A stretch of DNA of 32,000 nt, from assembly GCF_000803625.1 (NCBI RefSeq), contig NZ_CP007496.1, positions 150,001 through 182,000 of the forward strand, given 5' to 3'. The notes beneath the pieces are model-generated. The model ran no database searches and was not told the origin of the DNA. It saw only the letters and a list, made by a program, of their open reading frames with translations. The position numbers and the translations under genes were made by a program. This document shows, in pieces, positions 1 through 8,477 of this stretch (positions are counted from its first letter, which is position 1; each line of letters opens with the position of its first letter). Source of the DNA: Candidatus Nanosynbacter lyticus. Lineage in GTDB: Bacteria > Patescibacteriota > Saccharimonadia > Saccharimonadales > Saccharimonadaceae.

Positions 1-2
1 CG

Positions 3-1010
3 CTAACGCCTACGTCGTTATCAACTCCAGGGCGAACCATCGGGGACTCAGCAATTAAATTACGTGCCGAATATGCAAAAAAGGGTAGCGCGGTGACATG
101 TTCAGCAGTTAATGGGGCGGCTTGGCGGGCTATTAATGGAGCGGCAAAACTTAGGTACGCCACAAACGGTCCAGCAGATGGTACGGCTATAACTAAGATT
201 TCAGATGATCCAGCATTACCAGATAATACCGTTGGTACGCGCCCGCAGACGATTGTCAGAAAGAATAGTCCCTGGACAACGTTTGTGAATACCCAAGATA
301 TAGCTGCTGGCGAAGTGGGGGTTTGGGATTTGGTACTGGCTGATAGGGGTCTTGATAGGAATGAAAATTATTGTGTTCGTTTAGTTACAGACACTACTGC
401 TGCGCCGGGCACCAGTGTTGATACGTATGATGTATACCCAGAGTTTAAGACGGCCCCTGGGTCGCTGGATCTTCGTTTTGCGAACAGCGCGGGAACAACA
501 GTGGTTAATCCAACCGCGAGATTTGCTGATGCGACCACGAGCAGAAACAGTGTAATCACGGGCGCTTCTCTATCGGACTCTAATTCAAAGCAAATTGAGG
601 TGGTCAATACGCAGACTGATGCTGGATGGAGTGTGGTGTTATCGGCTTCTAATGGGTCGACTGCTCGCTGGCAGCAGTCAGGTGGCACGAAGTCCTACAT
701 GTTCAATGGCAATAGTGACACCCAAGGGTTCTTGTCGGTTAAGTTTGCGGCTGCCTCTGTCATCACGTCGGGCAATTCATTGAGTGGATCGTCGTGTAAC
801 ACTAGTGGTGTACAAAAGGGTTCTGATTTGCAATTCCAAGCGGGAGGAGCAAATGCAAATAGTATTACGCTGATGAGCAGCAGTAGTTCAACCGGTCAGT
901 TAGGCTGTGCATTTTTATTGCGTAATGTTAGGCTAAACCAGACTATTCCGGCATATCAGAGTCCTGGCGTGTATAATTTACCAATGACATTAACGGTGAC
1001 GGCGCAGTAG
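3..1010 (+). CDS. Exported WxL-like surface protein, 5'-truncated by the window edge (the ORF-track GTG at 93 is probably internal)
   Basis: The reading frame is open from position 3 through 93 (LTPTSLSTPGRTIGDSAIKLRAEYAKKGSAVTCS...). The C-terminal part aligns with the protein at 1770-2399 (DAGWSVVLSASNG..KSYMFNG / NNGWTLTLNATTPG..KSYKYNG; VRLNQTIPAYQSPGVYNLPMTLTVTAQ / VSLKQDIPAGQQAGTYTLPMTQTVAAI). Confidence 0.8.
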   Translation, partial: LTPTSLSTPGRTIGDSAIKLRAEYAKKGSAVTCSAVNGAAWRAINGAAKLRYATNGPADGTAITKISDDPALPDNTVGTRPQTIVRKNSPWTTFVNTQDIAAGEVGVWDLVLADRGLDRNENYCVRLVTDTTAAPGTSVDTYDVYPEFKTAPGSLDLRFANSAGTTVVNPTARFADATTSRNSVITGASLSDSNSKQIEVVNTQTDAGWSVVLSASNGSTARWQQSGGTKSYMFNGNSDTQGFLSVKFAAASVITSGNSLSGSSCNTSGVQKGSDLQFQAGGANANSITLMSSSSSTGQLGCAFLLRNVRLNQTIPAYQSPGVYNLPMTLTVTAQ

Positions 1011-1018
1011 GGGGTGTG

Positions 1019-1711
1019 ATGAGCAGAGTAAAAAAATTATTCACTACTATCACACTACTTGTTGCAGTGAGTATTCCTTCATCGGTTTTTGCGACTGCAG
1101 ATTCGACGTTGTCGCAGGTGATTCGGGATATTGATTGTACACACACTACACTGGAGAACGGTAATCAATTAAATCATCCAGATTGTCAAATCTTTGCACC
1201 AAAGTTTATGAAGCTCGATTTGGTGGATAAGAAACATCCAGTTTTATATGGCGTATATGATGCGGTCCATACAGTCACTAATCCCATAACAGGTCAACAT
1301 AATCTGACGGTGGAGTTTAACGGGCGGACGTTTGTATTGGGGCGAGATAGTGAGCTTCGGGTGAATGGTAACGTTTGGACATTAGATTTCTCAAATTGGC
1401 AAAATGACCATCCAGGGGACAATTTTATGCCACTAACTCCAGGCCATACTTATAATGGGCGAGCTACAGCCAGGATGAAGGCTAGTCCTTCATCGCCAGA
1501 GGTAACCCAGTTTGCTGATTTTTCAGTCACTATTCCAAAACAAACTATTGGGGAGATTATTGCTATTCCGAATATATTTAAGAAAGTCGGCCGAGTTTTA
1601 GCGAGTACGGGCGTTAGCATGTGGCTAATGATTGTCATTAGTGCCACCGCAATTTTTGTAGCATCTATTCTGCTGTTGATTCATAAAAAAGAAAAGGAGC
1701 GGGATGGATGA
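1019..1711 (+). CDS. Exported protein with signal peptide and C-terminal TM anchor plus basic tail; unknown function
   Basis: N-terminal KKLFTTITLLVAVSIPSSVFA signal peptide, C-terminal hydrophobic segment MWLMIVISATAIFVASILLLI followed by HKKEKERDG, AGGGGG-type SD just upstream. Confidence 0.8.
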   Translation: MSRVKKLFTTITLLVAVSIPSSVFATADSTLSQVIRDIDCTHTTLENGNQLNHPDCQIFAPKFMKLDLVDKKHPVLYGVYDAVHTVTNPITGQHNLTVEFNGRTFVLGRDSELRVNGNVWTLDFSNWQNDHPGDNFMPLTPGHTYNGRATARMKASPSSPEVTQFADFSVTIPKQTIGEIIAIPNIFKKVGRVLASTGVSMWLMIVISATAIFVASILLLIHKKEKERDG

Positions 1712-1769
1712 AGAAATAAGCGTAATAGTTTACGATAAACAAATTAAATTCACAAAACAAGGAGGGAAA

Positions 1770-2399
1770 ATGAAAAAATTAAAATTATTGGCAGCTGTCG
1801 GATTCGGAGCAGTTAGCTTTGCTGGATTAGCTGGCTCTGCTGTTTATGCGGCGAATACCGCCAACTCTACTTTGACTCAAACAATTAATGCCGGCGCATT
1901 AAGTACTGATATCCGTAACTCAAGCAATGCGGTTGTCAGTAACCCAACATTTGCGATGGGTGCCGTGACATTGTCTACGTCAGCTCAGACCTCAACAGGT
2001 ACGTTTGGTGAAAATGACAAGCGTATTTCCGTTGATAACCCTGGCGGTGCTAATAACGGCTGGACGCTGACCTTGAACGCAACCACTCCAGGTACTGGCA
2101 AATGGACAGACGGTGGCAAAAGCTACAAATATAACGGTACTGCCGCTGATGGTCGTCTAACGGTTGATCCATCAACTGGCACAGTTACTCCGGTAATTGG
2201 TACAGCTACTGGTATCACTAAAGGTAGTTCAATGGCGTTTTCTGGTAGCAACCCAGTTACGCTAATGAGTGCCTCAGCGGGTGCCGATGCTGTCTGGAAT
2301 GGCTACATCACAGGTGTTAGCTTGAAACAAGATATTCCAGCTGGTCAGCAAGCAGGTACATACACCTTGCCAATGACACAAACTGTTGCTGCTATCTAA
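1770..2399 (+). CDS. Exported WxL-like surface protein (start revised from 1704 to 1770)
   Basis: MKKLKLLAAVGFGAVSFAGLAGSAVYA signal peptide preceded by AAGGAGGG SD (1759-1766). GWTLTL motif and a C-terminal AGTYTLPMTQTVAA beta-strand motif resembling WxL domains. Confidence 0.85.
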   Translation: MKKLKLLAAVGFGAVSFAGLAGSAVYAANTANSTLTQTINAGALSTDIRNSSNAVVSNPTFAMGAVTLSTSAQTSTGTFGENDKRISVDNPGGANNGWTLTLNATTPGTGKWTDGGKSYKYNGTAADGRLTVDPSTGTVTPVIGTATGITKGSSMAFSGSNPVTLMSASAGADAVWNGYITGVSLKQDIPAGQQAGTYTLPMTQTVAAI

Positions 2400-2417
2400 A
2401 TAGTTAAGACATTTATA

Positions 2418-2450
2418 AAAACGGGCACCCCTGCGGATGTCCGTTTTAAT
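2418..2450 (+). terminator. Rho-independent terminator after the WxL-like gene
   Basis: AAAACGGGCA (2418-2427) / TGTCCGTTTT (2438-2447), 10-bp stem with one G:U, loop CCCCTGCGGA, 3' T-rich. Confidence 0.85.
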
Positions 2451-2483
2451 TTGCGTAAGACAGTAGTCATAAGCAGATTATCT

Positions 2484-2492
2484 TGGTATAAT
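2484..2492 (+). promoter_or_regulatory. Extended -10 promoter TGG-TATAAT for the DUF916-like gene
   Basis: TGGTATAAT at 2484-2492 with a weak -35 TAGTCA (2464-2469), 17-nt spacer. Confidence 0.7.
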
Positions 2493-2518
2493 AGGTAGTA
2501 TAGTTTGTAAGGAGGGTT

Positions 2519-3505
2519 ATGAATAGTTTATTGTGGCGTAAAATAGTTGGAGCAGCTATTATTGTAGGGCTGATTTTACCCGCGTCAGTATCCGCTGCGG
2601 GAATTGGTGGTCGGCCAGCTAATCCAGATCCAAACAACCCGAGGACCCAATCAATTTTTATATACAATCTATCTGGTGGCGCCGCAAAATCAGATCAACT
2701 ACATCTTCAGAATGGACTAGATGAAAAAGCAACGGTTGAGGTTTATGCGGTTGATGGCACGGTAACGGCGACTGGTGATATGACCTGCAAGCAAAAAGTG
2801 GAGGATAAGGTTGACGCTGGTAAATGGGTTAGCATCCCTAAACAGGAGATAACGCTCGAGGCAAAGGAAAGTAAGCTGGTGGACTTTACGGTTAGGGTTC
2901 CTAGTAAGGTGGATGTTGGTGAACATAACGCCTGCATTGTTGTGCAGCGTAAAAATACTCAACCTGTAGCAACGGGCGGCGTCCAGGTACAAACCCGTCA
3001 GGCGATTCGCATGGCGATAGTTGTTCCTGGAAATATTCATCGTGATGTGACAATTGATAAATTTGATATTAAGAATGAAAACGGTAATCAGTTGTATGAA
3101 ATTGCGCTGAAGAATTCTGGTAATGTATCTGCTGATGTCGATATTAAATTGGTAGTCAAGGATGCGGCAGGTAATGTTGTTTATAAGAATGGTGGCGTAA
3201 ATGCAACGATTGCTAATGAAATACGTCAATTCCGCTATGAAAGTAAGCTGGCGCCTTTCTGGGGAGGTAAATATAAAGCAGAGCTCTCGATTTCTTACAA
3301 GAAAAAGGCTGGCGAATGGGGGATTGGTCAGAATCAGAGTGAACTAATAACGAAGGACATTGAGCCCAAAGAACTGTTTTTCTGGCCGTCAATTATGGCT
3401 TTGGCGATAATTGGTGGCGCCTTGTTGTTGGTTATTCTGCTATTGATTGGCTTTATTGTCGCAATTAAGCGCCGCAAAAAATCAGTTAAATTTGGTAATC
3501 GTTAG
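2519..3505 (+). CDS. Membrane-anchored exported protein resembling DUF916/DUF3324 WxL-locus components
   Basis: Signal peptide; N-terminal FIYNLSGGAAKSDQLHLQNGLDEKATVEVYAVDG and IPKQEITLEAKESKLVDFTVRVPSKVDVGEHNACIVVQRK; C-terminal TM (FFWPSIMALAIIGGALLLVILLLIGFIVAI) plus basic tail; SD AAGGAGGG. Confidence 0.75.
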   Translation: MNSLLWRKIVGAAIIVGLILPASVSAAGIGGRPANPDPNNPRTQSIFIYNLSGGAAKSDQLHLQNGLDEKATVEVYAVDGTVTATGDMTCKQKVEDKVDAGKWVSIPKQEITLEAKESKLVDFTVRVPSKVDVGEHNACIVVQRKNTQPVATGGVQVQTRQAIRMAIVVPGNIHRDVTIDKFDIKNENGNQLYEIALKNSGNVSADVDIKLVVKDAAGNVVYKNGGVNATIANEIRQFRYESKLAPFWGGKYKAELSISYKKKAGEWGIGQNQSELITKDIEPKELFFWPSIMALAIIGGALLLVILLLIGFIVAIKRRKKSVKFGNR

Positions 3506-3548
3506 TATTTTAGCAGGGTTGGAAATAAAAATATCTTGGGATTTTGGT

Positions 3549-3581
3549 AAAAACGCGCTACAATGTGAGTAGGGCGTTTTT
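3549..3581 (+). terminator. Rho-independent terminator of the surface-protein cluster
   Basis: AAAAACGCGCTAC (3549-3561) / GTAGGGCGTTTTT (3569-3581), 13-position stem with one mismatch, loop AATGTGA. Confidence 0.85.
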
Positions 3582-3582
3582 G

Positions 3583-3822
3583 CGTGTGTCTGAGGAGGTT
3601 TTTCTCTGATGAAGCCAACGCAAAATGAGCGGCTATCAACCGCGAAGTCTGCGGGAAGAAATCGGTATGATTTTGAATCAGCTGAGATTAGACCCCGCCG
3701 CGACTCACTGCGACAAAGTGAACAATTAAGCGCTAAAAGAATCACTTCTTTTGGAATCGAGATGGTACCGTCCGTTTGAAACACCTCCAGCGGATTCTCG
3801 AAATCAAAAGAGGTGATTTTTA
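3583..3822 (+). promoter_or_regulatory. T-box leader (tRNA-Ile sensing) upstream of ileS
   Basis: UGGUACC T-box bulge at 3763-3769, flanked by CGAG (3758-3761)/CUCG (3797-3800) and GUCCG (3770-3774)/CGGAU (3791-3795), which is a canonical antiterminator. Preceding 7-bp hairpin AAAAGAA/TTCTTTT (3735-3752). Competing stem CACCTC (3782-3787)/GAGGTG (3810-3815) followed by ATTTTT. Directly upstream of ileS. Confidence 0.88.
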
Positions 3823-3842
3823 TATTTAAATAAGGAGATACA

Positions 3843-6800
3843 ATGAAATTCAAACACGGCACACGCCGCCGGGCGGCAGAATACGAAAAGGATTGGGTGC
3901 AGCGATGGAAGGACGATCAGACGTTTGAAAAGTCGGTGGCACAGCGGTCGGCAGATAATGCCTACGTTTTTTATGACGGGCCACCGTTTATTACTGGCGT
4001 ACCGCATCATGGTACGTTACTGAGCTCAATCGTCAAGGACGCCGTGCCGCGTTACTGGACGATGAAAGGCAAGCGCGTGGAGCGCCGCTGGGGGTGGGAT
4101 TGCCATGGCCTACCGGCAGAGAATTTCGTCGAAAAGCAGATGAATATCGTGGACCGGCGGCAGATTGTGGCGAGTAGTGATCAGCCAGCGCCGCTGGATA
4201 AAGACGGTAATCCTTTGCCAACCATCAGCCTGGAAAAATACATCATCAAGGCGCGCGAAAGCATGGTAGCGAACAGCGAAACCTGGCAGGGCGTGATCGA
4301 TCGAATCGGCCGCTGGGTAGACTTTACGGGTGCCTACCGCACTATGGACAAGGACTTTATGGAGAGCGTCTGGTGGGCCTTTAAGCAGTTGTATGAGGCT
4401 GGCAAAATCTACGAAGGCGAAAAGGTACTGATGTACGACACGAAGTTTGCTACCCCTGTCAGCAAGGCCGAAGTGACCATGGACAACGACGCCTACCAAA
4501 CGGTGACCGACCCGAGTGTGTATGTGAAGTTTAAGCTGCCTGATGAAGACGTTGCTGTTTTGGCTTGGACTACCACGCCATGGACATTGCCAGCTAACCT
4601 GATGTTGGCCGTCAATCCGGAGATGACGTATTGCGAAGTGCTGGTGGGGGGTGAAAAGCTCATTATCGCCGAAGAAGCCCTCGAGCGCACCCTGCAGGAC
4701 GAAAAGCATCAGCCGCTTGATTACAAAGTATTACGCAAATTCCCCGGTAGCGAATTGGTGGGTAAAACCTATCAGTCGCTCGATACGGGCTCGGCCTGGC
4801 CAGATAACGACAAGATCCACACCATTTACGCGGCGGATTTCGTCTCGCACGAGTCAGGTACGGGCATCGTGCACATCGCGCCGGCTTATGGTGAGGACGA
4901 CTTTGAGCTGGCCAAACGCCACGGCATTAGTGCCTTCCATGTCATTGATGATAACGGCTACTATACCGATGGCAATTACAAAGGCCTCGAGGTGTGGGAT
5001 AATAACAAGTTCATCGCCAAAGACCTGAAGGAAAAGGGCGCGGTGTGGAAGATCGAGTACATTCGTCACGAATACCCGTTCAACCCGCGTAGCAAACAGC
5101 GCATCATGTACCGGGCCATCCCCAGCTGGTTCTTTGACATTCAGGGGCAAAAGCCGCTGATGCTGGAGCAGAACGAGCATATTAATTGGTTCCCGGCTCA
5201 TCTGAAACATGGTCGTTTTGCCAAAAATATCGAGCAGGCACCAGACTGGAACCTGAGCCGTGACCGCTTCTGGGCGACGGCTATGCCAGTGTGGAAGGGT
5301 GACCGCGGCACGGTGAGGGTGGTTGGCTCGTATGCGGAGCTGAAGGAATTGAGCGGCGTGGAGCTGGATGATTATCACCGCCCGTGGGTGGATGACATTA
5401 CTTTTGAAATCGACGGCGAAACGTTTACCCGCATTGATAAGGTACTGGACTGTTGGTTTGAGAGCGGTAGTATGCCGTTTGCCCAGCTACATTATCCGTT
5501 TGAAAACCAGGCCAAGTTTGAGCAGAATTACCCAGCGGATTTCATCGTTGAGTACATTGGCCAAGTGCGGGCATGGTTTTACTATGTACATGCTGTCAAC
5601 GCCGCCTTGGCCGAAATCGGTGCCTTTGGCGAGGCTGGCGCGCAGCACAAAAACGCCTACAGTAATGTCATCACTACTGGTGTGGTGGCGGGCAATGACG
5701 GCCGCAAGATGAGTAAATCCCTGGGTAACTTTACTGATCCGAACGAGCTGATGGATAAGTTTAGTGCTGATTCCTTACGCTTCCTATTACTGAGTAGCCC
5801 GCTACTTAACGGCGAGGACTTTGCTCTGCATGACAAGGACGTAGGTGATGTGGCACGCAAGCTCAGTATGATTTGGAATATGTATGATTTCTTTACCATG
5901 TACGCGGAGGTTGACGGCTGGGAATTTGATGGTGAATTGAGAGATCCACTCAGTGATCTGACCAACCCGCTTGATATCTGGATCGTCAGTCGGCTGCATC
6001 AGTTGGTGGCAGAGGTTGAGCGTCACATGGATACCTACAATATTCCTGATGCGCTGAGCCCGATTTTGCCATTCCTGGATGACGCGTCCAACTGGTACGT
6101 TCGTCGCGGTCGCCGCCGCTTCTGGAAGTCTGAAGATGATGGCGATAAGAACGATGCTTACCGGACGCTGCATTATGTTCTGGTGTGTCTGAGCTACATT
6201 TTGGCGCCATTTACACCGTTTTTGGCTGAGGAGTTGTATCACAATTTGACAGGTGATGATGAGTCGATTCATTTGAAGGATTGGCTGCCAGCAGGTGAAA
6301 TCAATAGAGCAATATTGCGTGATATGAATGCTTTGCGCGTTGCCGTGAATGACGGCTTGTCGAAGCGCGCCGCAGCTGGAATTAAGGTTCGTCAGCCACT
6401 AGCGTCCGCCAAGCTTGTCAGTACTATTTCTGGTAATACAACTGATGAAGTCAGGCAGTTCTTAGTTGATGTTGCGTGTGACGAGTTGAACGTTAAATCA
6501 GTAGAAGTTGCCACCGACTCAGAGCTTGAGGTTAATGAATCATCAGTACAGCCAAGCGTTGTCTATGATTTCGTCATTACTCCTGAACTGAAGCGTGAAG
6601 GATTGGTGCGTGAGATTATTCGCCACGTCCAGAGCGCACGTAAGAAAGCTGGGCTGCAGGTAGACGATCGGATTGAGCTTGCTATTTTTAGTGCGGATAC
6701 AGAAATTACTCAAGCTATCAATACGTTTGCCGAAGTTATTACTGCCGAGACATTGGCTGTAAAATTAGACTCTACAGTAAATGATGCGGAAAAATATGAC

Positions 6801-6851
6801 GTTAAAATTGACGATAAAATGGTAGCAATATCATTGCAAAAGGCTAAATAA
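3843..6851 (+). CDS. ileS: Isoleucyl-tRNA synthetase
   Basis: PPFITGVPHHGTLLSSIVKD, WGWDCHGLPAEN, GNDGRKMSKSLGNF; SD AAGGAGA at 3832-3838. Confidence 0.98.
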   Translation: MKFKHGTRRRAAEYEKDWVQRWKDDQTFEKSVAQRSADNAYVFYDGPPFITGVPHHGTLLSSIVKDAVPRYWTMKGKRVERRWGWDCHGLPAENFVEKQMNIVDRRQIVASSDQPAPLDKDGNPLPTISLEKYIIKARESMVANSETWQGVIDRIGRWVDFTGAYRTMDKDFMESVWWAFKQLYEAGKIYEGEKVLMYDTKFATPVSKAEVTMDNDAYQTVTDPSVYVKFKLPDEDVAVLAWTTTPWTLPANLMLAVNPEMTYCEVLVGGEKLIIAEEALERTLQDEKHQPLDYKVLRKFPGSELVGKTYQSLDTGSAWPDNDKIHTIYAADFVSHESGTGIVHIAPAYGEDDFELAKRHGISAFHVIDDNGYYTDGNYKGLEVWDNNKFIAKDLKEKGAVWKIEYIRHEYPFNPRSKQRIMYRAIPSWFFDIQGQKPLMLEQNEHINWFPAHLKHGRFAKNIEQAPDWNLSRDRFWATAMPVWKGDRGTVRVVGSYAELKELSGVELDDYHRPWVDDITFEIDGETFTRIDKVLDCWFESGSMPFAQLHYPFENQAKFEQNYPADFIVEYIGQVRAWFYYVHAVNAALAEIGAFGEAGAQHKNAYSNVITTGVVAGNDGRKMSKSLGNFTDPNELMDKFSADSLRFLLLSSPLLNGEDFALHDKDVGDVARKLSMIWNMYDFFTMYAEVDGWEFDGELRDPLSDLTNPLDIWIVSRLHQLVAEVERHMDTYNIPDALSPILPFLDDASNWYVRRGRRRFWKSEDDGDKNDAYRTLHYVLVCLSYILAPFTPFLAEELYHNLTGDDESIHLKDWLPAGEINRAILRDMNALRVAVNDGLSKRAAAGIKVRQPLASAKLVSTISGNTTDEVRQFLVDVACDELNVKSVEVATDSELEVNESSVQPSVVYDFVITPELKREGLVREIIRHVQSARKKAGLQVDDRIELAIFSADTEITQAINTFAEVITAETLAVKLDSTVNDAEKYDVKIDDKMVAISLQKAK

Positions 6852-6870
6852 GCTTAAGTCTGTCAATTGA

Positions 6871-6907
6871 AATAAGTAGCCTCCTTAGCGTAAGAGGCTA
6901 CTTTATT
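6871..6907 (+). terminator. Terminator after ileS
   Basis: AATAAGTAGCCTC / GAGGCTACTTTATT inverted repeat (one-base bulge), loop CTTAGCGTAA. Confidence 0.75.
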
Positions 6908-6964
6908 GACTTTTTATAATATTTATGTTAATATTGTAATCAGTTACAAGTAAAGATAAAAATT

Positions 6965-7162
6965 ATGCAAAATTTATTTAATAAATTATTTGGTCGTAAA
7001 GTAGGATTTTTGCCGGTTGATCCACTTGCTGATGGTCTTGCCGAGGAAATTATCAAGGAGCAGCAGGAGCCGCAGGCAATTCATTTGGATGTCGATGAGA
7101 TAGAGGATATTCGTCAATTCTGGTCTCGTGTTGGTAGTGGTTATGATGACTATGGTTTATAA
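6965..7162 (+). CDS. Small acidic hypothetical protein (65 aa)
   Basis: Open frame filling the gap between ileS and galU; no recognised family and a weak SD. Confidence 0.5.
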   Translation: MQNLFNKLFGRKVGFLPVDPLADGLAEEIIKEQQEPQAIHLDVDEIEDIRQFWSRVGSGYDDYGL

Positions 7163-7217
7163 TTAGCCTATAGATGATGAGTATACTTATAAAGAGTTGA
7201 AGATATGGGAGGTAAGT

Positions 7218-8045
7218 GTGATCACTAAAGCTATCATTCCAGTTGCCGGTTGGGGTACGCGGATGCTACCGATTACCAAATCAATCGAAAAGTGTATGCT
7301 GCCGGTGGGGACGCGGCCGGTTGTTGATTATATCGTGCAAGATATTGTTCGGGCGGGCGTGAAGGATATTTATTTCGTGGTCGGTGAACAAAGCACTCAG
7401 GTACAGAGTTATTATCGGTCAAATATTCAGCTGAACGATTATTTGCGGCGCGCTGGTAAACAGGACAAATTAGCTCTGGTAGCGCCGCTCCGTGACGTGC
7501 GAATACATTTTTTAACCCAGCCAAGTACTGGGGGTTATGGCACGAGCATCCCGGTGGGATTGGCGAGTGAATTCATTGAGCCGGGTGAGTCGGCGTTTGT
7601 GGTGATGGGCGATCAATTTTTCTGGCGTGTTGACGGCGGTTCAAATGCCGCAGACTTGGCAGAGCTGGTGAAGTCGCGTGGGCTGTCGGCTGGTTTGTTG
7701 GGTAATCCTGTTGAAGAAGCTTTTATTCCTCAGACGGGTATCATCGAAACTGACGAGCAGGGCAATTTTGTCCGCATCATTGAGAAGCCAAGATTAGAAG
7801 AAGCGCCAAGTAACCTCAGCAATTCAAGCTTTTACGTTCTCAACAAAGAAATTTTCGAACTGGCACGGACATTGCCTGCCAATCCACAGCGCGGTGAATT
7901 TGAGCTGACTGACGCCATCAACGCGTACATTGCGAGTGGCGGTATCATCGCGGTGGGCGAGGCCAAGGGCGACTATATGGAATGCGGTTCGCCCAGTGGC
8001 TGGTTGCGGGCAAATAACGCCATGGCTGAGTTACAGAGAAACTAG
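7218..8045 (+). CDS. galU: UTP-glucose-1-phosphate uridylyltransferase-like nucleotidyltransferase (start revised to GTG 7218)
   Basis: KAIIPVAGWGTRMLPITKSIEKCMLPVGTRPVVDYIV, GYGTSIPVGLA, FVVMGDQFF. GGGAGG SD at 7207-7212 fits GTG 7218, not the TTG at 7197. Confidence 0.82.
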   Translation: MITKAIIPVAGWGTRMLPITKSIEKCMLPVGTRPVVDYIVQDIVRAGVKDIYFVVGEQSTQVQSYYRSNIQLNDYLRRAGKQDKLALVAPLRDVRIHFLTQPSTGGYGTSIPVGLASEFIEPGESAFVVMGDQFFWRVDGGSNAADLAELVKSRGLSAGLLGNPVEEAFIPQTGIIETDEQGNFVRIIEKPRLEEAPSNLSNSSFYVLNKEIFELARTLPANPQRGEFELTDAINAYIASGGIIAVGEAKGDYMECGSPSGWLRANNAMAELQRN

Positions 8046-8065
8046 TTGCATGTATCGTCCGTCTC

Positions 8066-8074
8066 TGTTATAAT
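8066..8074 (+). promoter_or_regulatory. Extended -10 promoter TGT-TATAAT for rplU
   Basis: TGTTATAAT 8066-8074, TTG-containing -35 region (TTGCAT 8046-8051), 17-nt spacer. Confidence 0.7.
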
Positions 8075-8109
8075 TAGATACTGATAGTAAATATATATTA
8101 AGGAACGAA

Positions 8110-8415
8110 ATGAAAGCAGTCGTAAAAATCTCTGGCAAACAGTATATTGTCAGCGAAAAAGAGTCCCTCTTGGTGGATCTCCTCCCTGAAGGCACAAAAG
8201 AACTCACTCTCGACGCACTTTTAGTGATTGATGGTGATAAAACAAAAGTTGGCACACCAACCGTAAAAGGCGCGGTGGTGAAGGCAAAAGTTGTTGAGGC
8301 GGAAGTCAAAGGCGATAAAATCCGCGTTATCCGCTACAAGAGCAAAAAACGCGTTCACAAAGAAACTGGTCATCGCCAGAAGTACACCAAGATTCAGATT
8401 ACGTCAATCAAATAA
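8110..8415 (+). CDS. rplU: 50S ribosomal protein L21
   Basis: MKAVVKISGKQYIVSEKE...KGDKIRVIRYKSKKRVHKETGHRQKYTKIQI. Confidence 0.95.
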   Translation: MKAVVKISGKQYIVSEKESLLVDLLPEGTKELTLDALLVIDGDKTKVGTPTVKGAVVKAKVVEAEVKGDKIRVIRYKSKKRVHKETGHRQKYTKIQITSIK

Positions 8416-8424
8416 TTGAAAGAG

Positions 8425-8451
8425 CCGCTTCCATCAGAGAAGCGGTTTTTT
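8425..8451 (+). terminator. Rho-independent terminator after rplU
   Basis: CCGCTTC (8425-8431)/GAAGCGG (8439-8445) followed by TTTTTT. Confidence 0.9.
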
Positions 8452-8477
8452 GGTGTCTGTTATTTCTGTTTCGCTCA

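Noticed and set aside
2717-3229. Minus-strand 170-aa ORF
   Set aside because: Antisense to the DUF916-like gene, with no supporting signals.
3482-3862. Minus-strand ORF of 126 aa over the ileS leader
   Set aside because: Overlaps a terminator and the T-box leader; sequence constraint there is explained by RNA structure.
4110-4709. Long minus-strand ORF (199 aa), plus others inside ileS (4854-5378, 5802-6272)
   Set aside because: Shadow ORFs antisense to the unambiguous ileS coding sequence, with no recognisable motifs or ribosome-binding sites.
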